Source of the DNA: Octopus bimaculoides | Taxonomy: Eukaryota | Assembly: GCF_001194135.2 (NCBI RefSeq) | Contig: NC_068985.1 | Location: 122,948,100-123,012,099 of the forward strand | DNA: 64,000 nt | Direction: 5' to 3' | Part shown: positions 37,549 to 51,049 of the stretch, in pieces | Position numbering within the stretch: the first letter of the stretch is position 1 | Layout of the letters: each line of letters starts with the position of its first letter | Program-made: the position numbers and the translations under genes | Notes under the pieces: generated by a model | Databases searched by the model: none | What the model was told of the DNA's origin: nothing | Seen by the model: only the letters and a program-made list of their open reading frames with translations

Positions 37549-38367
37549 AAGGGTGTATTGAAATTGTCTCACTTTTTGACAGGCAGATGTTTGTACTCCT
37601 TCTACTTCAATAAAATCGTCAGGTAAGGAATTAGAAACTTTAGCAACCTACGGATCCAACATTTTTTTTCTGAGAGTTATCTCATATTCAGAATTATGTT
37701 TTGTTATGTGACTCTACATTTGACAGTACTTTGCTTTGTGTGCGAAATTGTTATTTTTTGCGGAGTGTTAATAATGGTCTGTTGAAGTCGTGTTATTGCT
37801 TATTTTCATCTTTCAATTTTATGCTTTTTAAATCCATTTTCTTGCTTACAAATGTTCGAAGACTTTTCAAAATATTTGGCGCTTGAACCAGGCGAAGATT
37901 TTGTTATCCAAACAAGCAAATATTGACAAAAAGGTATATAGAAAAATTTCCAACAACTAACTTAATTTTTTTCAATCCCAAAATGAAGAGAGGATTAATG
38001 GAGATGTTCCAAAGCACAATAACTCACCCCTTCCAAAACATATCTTTCAGTATGCATAGAATGATTATTCGCTTCTTTCTAGGATCTGTTTGAACACGTC
38101 CATTTTCCCTCAAAACACAACGATGATCACAACTTCACACACACAATCACCACCAGTAGTAGCGCCAACCATCCACCACCACCACCACCACCACCACCNN
38201 NNNNNNNNNNNNNNNNNNNNNNNNNNNNNNNNNNNNNNNNNNNNNNNNNNNNNNNNNNNNNNNNNNNNNNNNNNNNNNNNNNNNNNNNNNNNNNNNNNNN
38301 NNNNNNNNNNNNNNNNNNNNNNNNNNNNNACCACCACCACCACCACCACCACAACAACAACAACACC

Positions 38368-38410
<43 letters not shown>

Positions 38411-40206
38411 CAGTTTCCAAATAGAATGAAGTGAAGAGCCTAGATAGGTAAAGAAGAAATCTATTGGCTTTATTCTGAGCTCACCATCCTAAGCACGTAA
38501 TGGAAGTCGCCTGATACAAATAGATAATATAAAATAACCATATTTGATCTAGAAAAATAGTTTTAAGAATCCAAAATTAAACTGGTTTGTATTCTTATAG
38601 ACCATGGAAAATACAATAAAAAAGACTTTCTTTCTTTATATAACAGAACAATAGAAAGCTAAATATATTGAGAGAGAAAAAAACTATAAAGACATTGTGT
38701 ATATCCAAAGAGTTATAGAGCCATAATAATGGAAAATACAATTCATTCATTGTCAATATCTGACGATGAAGGAAGTGAACTAATATGAAAGCCAAAATAA
38801 CACAAATTTAGTTATTTTAACTGCTCAAGATCAATGCTTAATCATTAAGAGCAACCAGATTAAAGTTATTGAACAAAAATTAAATGTGAGCTGTAGCCTA
38901 TGAACCAATAAGCAATTTACCGTCTCATTTCAGAAGAAAACTTCAAGCAAAGATATAATATATTCACAGATATGATGAAGGAGGTAGTTCTTTTCATTGG
39001 CAATATCAACGTTTTTTCCCCCCTTTAACCGGTTTCAGTCACTGCACCGATATTGGGAGACCACCTTCATTTCTTTGTTAGTCAATTATACCGATTCGAT
39101 TACTTGGTCTGATATCTATTTAATTGACTTCCGCTGAATAAAAATCAAGCTCCACCCGGATCGGATTTGAACTGGAAGTGTTACCGGTTCTAGCAAACCA
39201 CCACAGCAGATTATTAATACTGAAGTATGTTGCTATTTGGACATCAGAATTGGAAATAAATGGTATAACACCAAAGACAGTATTTGACAATGAGAAAACT
39301 ATTCTTGACTGGAAGATATCTACCTGAACTGATAAGAAGAAGCAATACGTAGACTCTAGATTTTCAAAGGTAGAAACATGTGCTAGGTTACATCCAATAA
39401 AATGCCAGGGTAGTTCACTGACTGGTATGAATACACTCAAAGACATGCTTATATTTCTGACCCATAGACGTGCGGGTTCCACTCTTTGTATCTACTCTGC
39501 TACTACAATGTCCTCTGCTTTTCGGAGTTCACTCTTGTCCTACCACAACTCAAGCATTCTCGAGAGTCCCTCGTCTCCTCCCTTCATCAATCATGCTGTG
39601 TCCTTTCAGCAGATCCCACAATGAGCGATACACCTTGCCTTTTACTCCAGAACGATGGCCTTGGAATTCACCCTCCGAGTACATAATAGTTTTGCAGTTG
39701 TTTTTCAACAATTTAAGCGTGATGCGAACGGTATTCCTCTCACTATTTCCAAAGGACCTGCGAAGAGTATGGCTTTTTTTCCAGCCTTTAATGAGGCAAG
39801 TCAATTTTGACTCCTTTAGAAGCACAAAGACGATTACTACACACACCACGAAAATATTATCGCATCTCATCCCCACAATCATAATGCGTATCCACTTAGA
39901 ACACTGAAGATAGCCACTGATGTTAAGAGTGTCCCTCCATGCCAATGAAATCCTCAACATAGCAAAGACTCTATCACAAAGACTGATCTACCATTTCAAA
40001 GCTAGGAGATATTTCAACCTCCACCGAATACTTACCCTATACAAAAACACAAGTAAGATGCACCATAGAATATTGCTCCCACGAACAATGTTGCTGCTAC
40101 ATATGCTACATCATAGACCGTATTCAGTAAAGGACCAGATTAGAATGATGTCGCTCACACAACAAAATCTCTGACATTCAAACGTGCTCTCTAATCTCTC
40201 TACCTT

Positions 40207-40208
<2 letters not shown>

Positions 40209-40292
<84 letters not shown>
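40209..40292. repeat. (ACT)n microsatellite
   Basis: Directly visible. Confidence 0.95.
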
Positions 40293-40293
<1 letters not shown>

Positions 40294-40480
40294 CCTCGCC
40301 ATACAATTTGTGTGCACTCCTACCAGCTTCCAGACTCACAACTGCAATCATTCCACCATACGAACGTCGACAGGCCCTCTGTAATTACAAAACCGGCAGC
40401 TGTCATACTGTAGCTCTTCAAGAGGAATAGTAACCATGTCGATATTACCGATTGTGGTGACGGATGTTTCGGGGTTACTA

Positions 40481-41060
40481 TCAGGTCATCCCATAAGTTC
40501 TGTCCGATTTGATCTTTTTTAAAATTGAATGAAATTTAATAGTATTTTAGAATGTCTAATGGAATTAAAAATTATTTTTATGCATTTGTGTACATTTAAA
40601 CTAATTTAATATTATTTTACAGAATAAAAGAATTAAAATTTCTTTGATTAAAACCCTTTCTAACATGGAAGTATCCAAAACCATTTCAGGCACATAATGC
40701 TTTATGAGTACAAAAAAGGAAACTCTGCAGTCGCAGTGACTTGAAACAGACACTCAGTTTATGGGAAAGAATGCTTGAATGAAAGAACTTGCAGAAGATG
40801 GTTTGCAAAATTCAGAAGTGGAGATTTCAGCCCTGAAGATGAAGATCGAAAAGAACTTCCAGTTGAGTTTGATGATAAGCTCCTTGAGGCATTACTTGAA
40901 GAAAATCCTGCATTATCAGTTGAAGAATTGGCAATGAAGCTTAGTTCAAACCATACAACTGTTCATCATCATCTTCAACAACTTGGCAAGGTTCCTAAAC
41001 TTGGAAAATAGGTGCCTCATGAATTGTCCGAAAACAACCGCAAATCTCGAGTTGACATCT
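40481..41060 (+). mobile_element. 5' half of a mariner element
   Basis: TA-tcaggtcatcccataagttc terminus. ATG at 40665 gives MEVSKNHFRHIMLYEYKKG...ERTCRRWFAKFRSGDFSPEDEDR...HLQQLGKVPKLGK*VPHELS. Confidence 0.85.
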
Positions 41061-41255
41061 GCCAGTCCATCGTAGCTTTACCCAAGTAACAGGAAGAAAG
41101 AGTGAGAGAAAGAAGGGGCGAAAGAGTACAACAGGGGTCGCCATCACCCCCTGCCAGAGCTTTAGGTGTTTTCGCTCAATAAACGCACACAATGCCCGGT
41201 CTGGGAATCGAAACCGCGATCCTCCACTTGGCCATTGCGCCTCTACAAACATATT
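41060..41255 (-). mobile_element. tRNA-derived SINE family D, internally deleted
   Basis: The reverse complement reads gaggcgcaatggccaagtgg...gcggtttcgattcccagaccgggc...ttattgagcgaaaacacctaaagc. Confidence 0.65.
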
Positions 41256-41321
41256 ACTATTATAATTATTATTTATATTGTTACTAAGATACTTGCCGGG
41301 GAGTCGACTGTACTCTTTAAG

Positions 41322-41535
41322 GCAGTGAGTTAGCAGAATCGTTAGCACGCTGAACTAAGTGCTTAGCGGCATTTCGCTCGTCTTTACGTTCTGAGTTCAA
41401 ATTCCGCCGAGGTCAATTTTGCCTTTTATCCTTCCAGGGTCGATGACATAAGTACCAGTTGAGTACTGGCGTCGAAGTAATTGACTAGTCTCCCTCCCAC
41501 AAGAATTTCAGACCTTGTGCCTATAGTAGAAAGTA
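41322..41535 (+). mobile_element. Full-length SINE family A (tail A), followed by an inverted partial tail-B copy to ~41630
   Basis: aaggcagtgagttagcagaatcgttagcacgc...gagttcaaattccgccgagg...ccttgtgcctatagtagaaag. Confidence 0.85.
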
Positions 41536-41987
41536 GAACAATTAGCACAAGTTAAACACTGTATTCGATGTAATCGACAAGTACACTCCTCCGAAATTGC
41601 TGGCCTTGTACCAAAATTTGAAAACGATATTGTTATAAAAACCAGATTCTCTTCCAATTCCAATTTTCTGAGCTTCTAACTTCAAAAAAATTGTACAAAT
41701 ACAAAGAAAAACATGTGGGCATGCATACATCCTGGCTTCTTATACGACACATCTTATAACCATCCATTCCAGCATTCAGTCGAGAGAGCCTAACGTGTAC
41801 ACACTGCTTGAAGAAACAGTCGCCAAGGCAACAGGTATTTTGAGAAAAGAAATGTCACACTGCATGATAAATAACAGGTTGGAAAATAGACATACAAGCA
41901 TACATACACACACACACGCACAGATACATGCATACATGGATACATATAGGCATGCATACATGGATACATATAGGCATGCATACACAC

Positions 41988-42050
<63 letters not shown>

Positions 42051-42142
42051 AATATGTATATACATATATAAATATATATGTATANNNNNNNNNNNNNNNN
42101 NNNNNNNNNNNNNNNNNNNNNNNNNNNNNNNNNNNNNNNNNN

Positions 42143-42174
<32 letters not shown>

Positions 42175-42285
42175 TCATATTTATAATTACACAGTTATGC
42201 ATACACATATGGTCACAGATATAGGTATTCATTCATATATAAGCATGCATAGCGGTGTACATATACATACACACACACACACGCG

Positions 42286-42333
<48 letters not shown>

Positions 42334-42886
42334 CGCATATACACATATATATGTCTATCATCCATCTATCCATCCATCCATCCATCCATCCATACGTACA
42401 GATATATCTTTCGACAGGAAAGCACTCATATAAATACACATATTCATAGCTATTTCTGTTTGTGTAGGATATATTTAACGATTTAAATGAGGTGAAAATC
42501 TACATTTCATTTGGCTCATTAGAATTAGAGCTGCTAAGTATCATGTTAATTCACTGTGAAAATCTAGTGACAGCTACATTGTCTGCATTCGCCTCCTCCT
42601 CCTACTCCTGCATGTCATCATCATCACCATCATTATCCTCCTCCTCTTCCTCCTCCTCCTCCTCCTCATCATCATCATTATCATCACCACTATCACTGTA
42701 ACTATCACCATGGCCACCACGATCAACACCGTCGCTATATCCACAAAAACCCCCTCCACGAGCACCATCACCGCCGCCGCCACCAAGTATGTGTGTATGT
42801 ATGTGTGTATGTGTGAGTGTGTGTCCAAGTGTATATACACCCAACTACACACACACACACACACACAAATACATATATATATATAN

Positions 42887-43830
42887 NNNNNNNNNNNNNN
42901 NNNNNNNNNNNNNNNNNNNNNNNNNNNNNNNNNNNNNNNNNNNNNNNNNNNNNNNNNNNNNNNNNNNNNNNNNNNNNNNNNNNNNNNNNNNNNNNNNNNN
43001 NNNNNNNNNNNNNNNNNNNNNNNNNNNNNNNNNNNNNNNNNNNNNNNNNNNNNNNNNNNNNNNNNNNNNNNNNNNNNNNNNNNNNNNNNNNNNNNNNNNN
43101 NNNNNNNNNNNNNNNNNNNNNNNNNNNNNNNNNNNNNNNNNNNNNNNNNNNNNNNNNNNNNNNNNNNNNNNNNNNNNNNNNNNNNNNNNNNNNNNNNNNN
43201 NNNNNNNNNNNNNNNNNNNNNNNNNNNNNNNNNNNNNNNNNNNNNNNNNNNNNNNNNNNNNNNNNNNNNNNNNNNNNNNNNNNNNNNNNNNNNNNNNNNN
43301 NNNNNNNNNNNNNNNNNNNNNNNNNNNNNNNNNNNNNNNNNNNNNNNNNNNNNNNNNNNNNNNNNNNNNNNNNNNNNNNNNNNNNNNNNNNNNNNNNNNN
43401 NNNNNNNNNNNNNNNNNNNNNNNNNNNNNNNNNNNNNNNNNNNNNNNNNNNNNNNNNNNNNNNNNNNNNNNNNNNNNNNNNNNNNNNNNNNNNNNNNNNN
43501 NNNNNNNNNNNNNNNNNNNNNNNNNNNNNNNNNNNNNNNNNNNNNNNNNNNNNNNNNNNNNNNNNNNNNNNNNNNNNNNNNNNNNNNNNNNNNNNNNNNN
43601 NNNNNNNNNNNNNNNNNNNNNNNNNNNNNNNNNNNNNNNNNNNNNNNNNNNNNNNNNNNNNNNNNNNNNNNNNNNNNNNNNNNNNNNNNNNNNNNNNNNN
43701 NNNNNNNNNNNNNNNNNNNNNNNNNNNNNNNNNNNNNNNNNNNNNNNNNNNNNNNNNNNNNNNNNNNNNNNNNNNNNNNNNNNNNNNNNNNNNNNNNNNN
43801 NNNNNNNNNNNNNNNNNNNNNNNNNNNNNN
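42887..43830. other. Assembly gap (largest of about 17 N runs; other large ones at 9101-9968, 47251-48012, 28813-29288, 17085-17496, 12164-12547)
   Basis: N runs, most bordered by (TA)n or (TG)n. Confidence 1.
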
Positions 43831-43907
43831 TATATATATATATATACATATATATATACTATGCACATGTAATGTACATGTGCTCATATCTGTCTTTGTA
43901 TGTTCGT

Positions 43908-43955
<48 letters not shown>

Positions 43956-44469
43956 GAATATATTGATATCGTTTCTAATTTTTAGACTCTTCTGTAAAAC
44001 AGTGTTCAGCTTTCCTCACTAAGAAACAGGGGTCCTTCGCTGAATCTTGGAAAACAACAAAAGGAGAGATTTACAAGTTGAATGCATTGTAATATCTTGT
44101 ACATTTTGGTTTGTTTGTGTGTAGGGTTTTGTATTTAGATTCGACTCGCTCTCTTTTTTTATCCCTGTTCCTCTACTTCTGTCTGTCTGTTTGACTCTTT
44201 CTCTCTCTCCCTCCCTCTCTCTCTCTCTCCCTCCCTCTCTCTCTGTCTCTCTGTCTCTCTGTCTCTCTCTCTCTCTCTCCCTCCCTCTCTCTCTCTCTTT
44301 GTATTTGCGCAACTCGTGTATTTCACTTAACCTATGTTACGTTTACTATATTACTCATACGCCAATGTTCATCATATGTCGACTCTCTTGATAGGCAAAA
44401 TATGTGCTAAGAAAGACGAAAAACGAAAAGAAAGATGAAGGGTAATAATCCATCCATGTTTCTTTTTAT

Positions 44470-44900
44470 CGATCCCACCATATTCGCCTCCCACTATTCT
44501 TGTGTGGATCATGTGGGTAGAGTTCTCAAGTACCTCCTCCATACGATCCCATCAGAAACAACCATTTCCGGCTGGATTTCGCAGCGCCGCCAGCTGAGAC
44601 TCTGGATATTACCCGACCATCTTGTTCTTGAGTTACCTGAAGGTTTTCTGCCACGTGACTTAGCTCGAAGGATACATATTGCGATTTGTATCAGTGATAT
44701 TCTAATTACATTTCGGTCGTGCAGGAGGTGGGATCTCTGAGAATTAGCAGTTCGACCTGGAGAGATTCTCAGATCTGTTTAATAAAAAAGTCAAGAACGA
44801 CGCTGAAAATGTTTAATATATGTCAAGTAGGCACTGTAATAATTTTAAGCCTGAATGTTCCGAATATTGGTATAATGATAACTTTGTAGAAGTTAATCTC
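44470..44900 (-). mobile_element. RTE-clade LINE C-terminal region; possibly extends as highly decayed RT to ~45600
   Basis: Minus strand: NVIRISLIQIAICILRAKSRGRKPSGNSRTRWSGNIQSLSWRRCEIQPE...WRRYLRTLPT*, similar to RTE ends (GHVIRM...GRPRTRW...LSW). Confidence 0.65.
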
Positions 44901-46099
44901 TGAGTGGACTTTTAGATCCTCTAATATCGCTTGTGTCAGTAATATTAAATAAACCTTGCTTATATAAAAATAACTGTGTTTTGTGCTAGGTGAAGTCTTT
45001 GTTATACGTTTTCGTGGCGTTTAATTTAGCTTCTCTATCAATATCAACTAACGTAATCTGTCTGGTGCATTAAATAGTAATGTCATCTTGCGTAAATTTG
45101 GTGCTATTGTAAATTTTATTGACAGTCACATTAATGGTTACTCTACTCGACGAGATTAATATCTTTCTTAATGTTATCATTAATCTTCCTTATAATTTTC
45201 TTGTTAATTAATCCGATCTCAGATTTAGACGGATTTATCAACTTCCATTTAGAGTTAAAAGCATAGTTATTTTTATGTTACATGAATACAACAGACGCTT
45301 TACGTACTGCTCACTTGGATAGTTTGTCATCAATTATAAATTTTACTACCACGCCCTTTGGCTTCTCTATCAACGTTGTAAAAATCTTATGGACTTGTTT
45401 CATATAACAAATCCGATAGATCGATTTGCATACATAATGCATTCTTTGCATCTAGTCCTATAAATTTGTGACCGGTGTATTAGCGATTTTTTCTCGATGT
45501 CGTACTGCACTACAAAATATATAAATACATACTCAAGATCTTGGGGAAGAGGGATTTATAACTATTGTTTCTTTGGACGGTTAAATTCGGTATACATTCG
45601 CTATTGAAATCTCAACAGAAGATTGAAACTATTTCTGCTGATCCATCTTTTTCTGTCCTCAAAGATATTGTATGTAACGACAGGATGTTTATTATATTTA
45701 TTATATACAATAATAATAGTTCAGTATATAATTAAAGCACAATGTGCATAAAATCTCGATTCCATGCAGATGAGTTCAGGAGATCAATTGGCCTCCGACA
45801 GGCAAGTTACTGGTGCAAAGAAGAAGGCCATAAATTCTGTTACTGAAGCAACAGAGATAGCCGCTAGATAGATTTGGATAAAGATAGAAGACCGACGGTT
45901 TACTGCTACGAGGAAACAAGTTAGGATTTGATCAACCTAGTTATATTCAAATATGTATACAACCACCCTGATCAACAAATGCCAACAATGGTACAAAATC
46001 CTAATCTGTGTAGAGGCACAAAGGTAACAGTGAATCAGCAAGCAAAAAAAAAAAAAAAAAAAATTAAGTGCACCAATGAACAGGCACAATCGAGTGACC

Positions 46100-46300
46100 A
46101 TTTATATATATATATATGGGAGAATATACAACAAATAACAACAGACGAGGACAGGTGGTGTAAATAACAAAAGTATATATTAGTATGACGCTCGGGAATA
46201 CGGAAAGTCTTTGACGTTTCGAGCTACGCTCTTCAACAGAAAGAATACGGAGACAAGGAGAAAAAACACGGAGAAAAAAAATTGAATAGTGTTCAGTCAA
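46100..46300 (-). mobile_element. Penelope-like terminal-repeat (pLTR) fragment
   Basis: It contains gaagagcgtagctcgaaacgtcaaagac, a motif typical of Penelope-like termini. No coding part is adjacent. Confidence 0.5.
46207..46245 (-). ncRNA. Minimal type I hammerhead-like motif, probably inactive
   Basis: UCUUU-CUGUUGA-A-GAGC(GUA)GCUC-GAAA-CG-UC-AAAGA. Stem III is the palindromic ACGU, and the core carries A6U. Confidence 0.55.
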
Positions 46301-47134
46301 CGGTCAATCATAATAATATATATATATATATGTATGTATGTATAAATGGAAGGGTTTAGGGATTCTATGCATGTATGTATGTAATTATATGCAACGGATA
46401 AATGTTTATTGCGTCTTATATTCAAGTTTATTTTCAAAGAACTGACAAATTAAACACAAGGCTCTTACGCGGTAATTTAAATTAAACACGCAACTTCTAC
46501 ACTAATATTTTGATGTAAAATTTAAGTCATGATTAATGAAACGTGATTTTAATTTTTGCGTGGCAAGATCTTGTTCTTAATTTTCTATTGATAGATATTA
46601 ATGTAACGATGTACGATCTTAAATAGGCTTTTATACATTCAAAAGTAATTTTACTCAAGGAAGATTCACTTCTCTCCCAAAAGAATTATTAAATCGTCTT
46701 CCGGATAACTTTTTTCAAATATTGAATAGCTTTAATTCACATCATATGCAATGCCTAATTCGTTGATAAAGAATTGTTACGTCAATGACAAATACCGAAA
46801 ATTATAGAATAATTTCATTCAACTCGGCAGGGGATTAATATGGATTAAAGTTAATGCTTTAAAATCTACACATGTCAATATACGAGACAATAAAGCAGCG
46901 GGTGTGGGGAAGATTTAGTGAGTGTAACTTTTAACATTCCCATTCTATCTAATGAATAAAACCACATATATTGTTTATTAATGCCTATTGAGCACGAATT
47001 CGTTTCAGCATAGGAATGTGTTCAACTATGAAAAAGAAAAAAGCTAATAAGAGAGAGTATGAAGTTACATCAGAGTTTCAAGGAATCAAGTCTTCAGCTC
47101 ATGTTTTGTGACTCTCGCCACAATTTGTTTTCAA

Positions 47135-47250
47135 TATTCAGTGCAAATTCCGCCGAGATTGACTTTGCCTTTCATTCTTACAGGGCCGATAAAATAAGTA
47201 CCGGTTGAACAATGGGGTCGATGTAATCGACTTACTCCTCCCCCGAAAAT
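47135..47250 (+). mobile_element. SINE family A 3' part, truncated by a gap
   Basis: caaattccgccgagattgactttgcctttcattc...gataaaataagtacc...ggggtcgatgtaatcgactt. Confidence 0.8.
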
Positions 47251-49414
47251 NNNNNNNNNNNNNNNNNNNNNNNNNNNNNNNNNNNNNNNNNNNNNNNNNN
47301 NNNNNNNNNNNNNNNNNNNNNNNNNNNNNNNNNNNNNNNNNNNNNNNNNNNNNNNNNNNNNNNNNNNNNNNNNNNNNNNNNNNNNNNNNNNNNNNNNNNN
47401 NNNNNNNNNNNNNNNNNNNNNNNNNNNNNNNNNNNNNNNNNNNNNNNNNNNNNNNNNNNNNNNNNNNNNNNNNNNNNNNNNNNNNNNNNNNNNNNNNNNN
47501 NNNNNNNNNNNNNNNNNNNNNNNNNNNNNNNNNNNNNNNNNNNNNNNNNNNNNNNNNNNNNNNNNNNNNNNNNNNNNNNNNNNNNNNNNNNNNNNNNNNN
47601 NNNNNNNNNNNNNNNNNNNNNNNNNNNNNNNNNNNNNNNNNNNNNNNNNNNNNNNNNNNNNNNNNNNNNNNNNNNNNNNNNNNNNNNNNNNNNNNNNNNN
47701 NNNNNNNNNNNNNNNNNNNNNNNNNNNNNNNNNNNNNNNNNNNNNNNNNNNNNNNNNNNNNNNNNNNNNNNNNNNNNNNNNNNNNNNNNNNNNNNNNNNN
47801 NNNNNNNNNNNNNNNNNNNNNNNNNNNNNNNNNNNNNNNNNNNNNNNNNNNNNNNNNNNNNNNNNNNNNNNNNNNNNNNNNNNNNNNNNNNNNNNNNNNN
47901 NNNNNNNNNNNNNNNNNNNNNNNNNNNNNNNNNNNNNNNNNNNNNNNNNNNNNNNNNNNNNNNNNNNNNNNNNNNNNNNNNNNNNNNNNNNNNNNNNNNN
48001 NNNNNNNNNNNNNTATATATATATATATATATATATTAGTATGCGTACTAATATATACATATATATATAAACACATGAACACACACACACACAGCTTAAT
48101 AAATCGTACTTAGATGCAGTACTGAGATAAATCCAGAAGAGTTTGATGATCGCTTCTAATCCAATGCACTGCGCTGCCAAAATTTTCTAAACTTCCAGTA
48201 GTAAAGACACCATGGATGGAAGTAAGTTGTGTTAATTAGTGTAAGTTTACGCTGTACTTAGAAGTAGCATTATCGTTGGTTTCTACCATTGTACTCCACT
48301 TTCAATGTGTGGAATAACTTGCGTTAAACGGTTATCTTATGCAAAGGGAAATTTATCTCTCCTCTGCTGAAGATGGTGTTTGTTTCTGTTATTGGTAGGT
48401 TTGACCGGCGTCGGATTGAAGAGTTCCCTGGTCTTTTTCTACGGCATGGCATTTTGGAAAACTGTGTCCTACTTTAACTATTGTTGATAATATGGGTGAA
48501 TGGAAAATGTGCGGAATACTGTTGGATGGACTGTATCTCGAATTCAAAGGACTAGCGTTGTTAGACACTGTCACGTTAATTCTGCTTTGGGATTATAACA
48601 AGGAATCAAGTGTTTGTGGAATGCTCAGCCATCTACATTTTAATACGATCTTTTATTCGTTCTGTTAAATACTCTTCATCGAAAGCAACGGAGACTCATT
48701 TCATATTCTTTGCAGTTGTTGTTGTTGTTGCTGTAAAACCCCGGGTCTGTGCTGACTGAGCAACCCTATGACCGAAAACATCCCGGCTGTGATCTTTCCA
48801 TTTTCAGAGAATGGTTATTTTGGAATACATTACCCACGCTTCTCCTTTCTCAACGTGGTAGTATGCAATTTGAAGATGTGGCTGCTATTTCTTGCAGGTC
48901 ATGCAACGGTAGAGACTTCTTCATTGACTCAGGTTGTTCTTGTTGGTGGTGATGGTAGTAGTGGCGGTGCCGTTTGATATTATGAGTCATGTGGGTGTTG
49001 CTATTGTTTTCTTCGTCATGCGTACTAATACTGTTACTGTATAACTATATTGATCAATGACATCTCAGCTGTCGCCATCTTGTTTCCTACCAGCATAATG
49101 TGTCTTGGACTACGTTAACTATTGTACTTTTTCTTTTTAACAACAGTAGAATGTGATATATGAGAACTTCCTTGTTATCTGTAGCAGGTCATTCGACCTC
49201 CTAGAGACTTCTTCAATGCTGCGGTTGTTTCCAGTAGAGATGGTAATCAACAAGAGTAGGGATCTGGTCACCTAATGTATCTTTCTGTCAAACGGGGATT
49301 AGCCCTTTCAATAAACCACTCTCCATTAAAATCCTTTCCGACGCGCTGCTTTCTTTAACTTCATGACTTTTGAAATCGGTGAATAAGTCTTATACCTGGA
49401 AGAATGTTTTCTCT

Positions 49415-49710
49415 TTTAACTTTTAGTTGTTTCAGCCATCAGTCTGCGGCATCACCTTGAAGAAGTTTTAGCCGAATAAATCGATTCCAGTACTTATGTT
49501 TTAAAGCCTGGTACTTATTCTAGCGGGCTCTTTTGTCGAACCGCAAGATTACCGGGAAATAAACACATCAACACCGGTTGTCAAACGGTGGTGGGAGACA
49601 AAAACAGGCACAAATACACATACACACACAACCACACACACTCACCCATATATATNNNNNNNNNNACCTAAATTCTGCTCAGGCCTAACCACTGTTTTGC
49701 GCCAATGCTC

Positions 49711-49752
<42 letters not shown>

Positions 49753-49905
49753 CAAGTTTCTTTCAGTTTCTGTCTACCAAATCCACCCACAAGGCTTTGG
49801 TCAGTCCGAGACTATAACAGTAAGGATTTGCCGAAGGTGCCACCCAATAGGACTGAACCTGAAACCATGTGATTGTGAAGCAAGCTTCTTACCGCACAGC
49901 CACGA
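49415..49905 (-). mobile_element. SINE family C
   Basis: Homologous to 7895-8292, with an internal microsatellite and a small gap. Confidence 0.8.
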
Positions 49906-51049
49906 CTGAAAACATTAAGGAAATGAAAGAACTTTTGGTGACATTAGATGAGAGCCACTCCTCGTTCTCGGTCGATTCCTTAACAAAACCACGCAAAAGA
50001 AAAAACGCAAGTAATTTTTTGGTTGGGCAAAATAATCATTTATTTGGACAAAACTTACAGAGCGACAAAATAACGCGACTTCCAAATCACGAGGAATAAA
50101 TAGTAAAAGATATCCAAGGGACAAAAAATCAAAACTACAATTTCTCCTCATTTTCATCTTTTGCCTCAGTATTAATAATATCTGTTTTTATATTATAAAT
50201 ATTCTTTTCAATCTCATATTTGCTTCACTATATCGTTTTACATTAATTTTTGATTTCACCGAATTACTTAACTATCATAATCGAAATCCACAATGGTCAC
50301 TGTAACAAGTTAAATAAGAATGGCTTCCGTAATGAGATAATGGAAGAAAATAAAAATGTGGCTTTCCCCGCTCATTTGTAATCTGGATTAATGTTAAAAG
50401 TTGCTTTCCGTATTTGCTTTCATTCTTTGAACTATATCGCTCAAATGGATAACACTGAAGCTTTGCATTGCAATATCAAATATCACATATGTATCTGCAG
50501 AGCTTCATTATCAGAATGTCATTAGAAACTAGAGCTTAATTCATTTCACATATTTACCTCAAACACAGAATTTCTAATTTCAAATAGAAAATTCTATAAA
50601 ATATTATTACCGTTGTTGATGTTGTCATTGGAATTGAACCGTAGGTCAACCATAACATCACTGAGTTATGCTTAAAGGTACTCAAGCCTTGTGTATTTCG
50701 CCCTTTTAGGGGTATCTGGTAATGCATTGTTCACTGTGATCTTCCCTTTAAAACAGACTGTGGTAGGTTATGGTGTAAATTTGGCTGCTATTTCAAACAT
50801 ATCGAGCGATCGCTTAGACACTTGCTTGTTATATTTGTTCACATTATAGTCGTTCTGATCCTCAAAAAAAAAAAAAAAATTACTAGACTTGACGTACATT
50901 TGATTGCATTGTTCACCTGATAGAGAACTGATCATTTTGACATCTAGATGCCAGGCATCCAGTTTTGGCCTTCGTTTAGCACAGGCAAAGAGACGAAAAA
51001 GGTGAATCAAATTCACTGCAGTATAGTTCATTTGATTAATTTAGGCACA

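Noticed and set aside
39200-40180. ORFs of 120-145 aa on both strands with a faint RT-like GVK/QG motif
   Set aside because: The motifs need frameshifts and are too degenerate to assign. At most this is old LINE debris.
48130-48600. Possible Penelope RT-to-endonuclease linker remnant
   Set aside because: There is only a loose resemblance (RKLFHTLKVEY) and no diagnostic motif.
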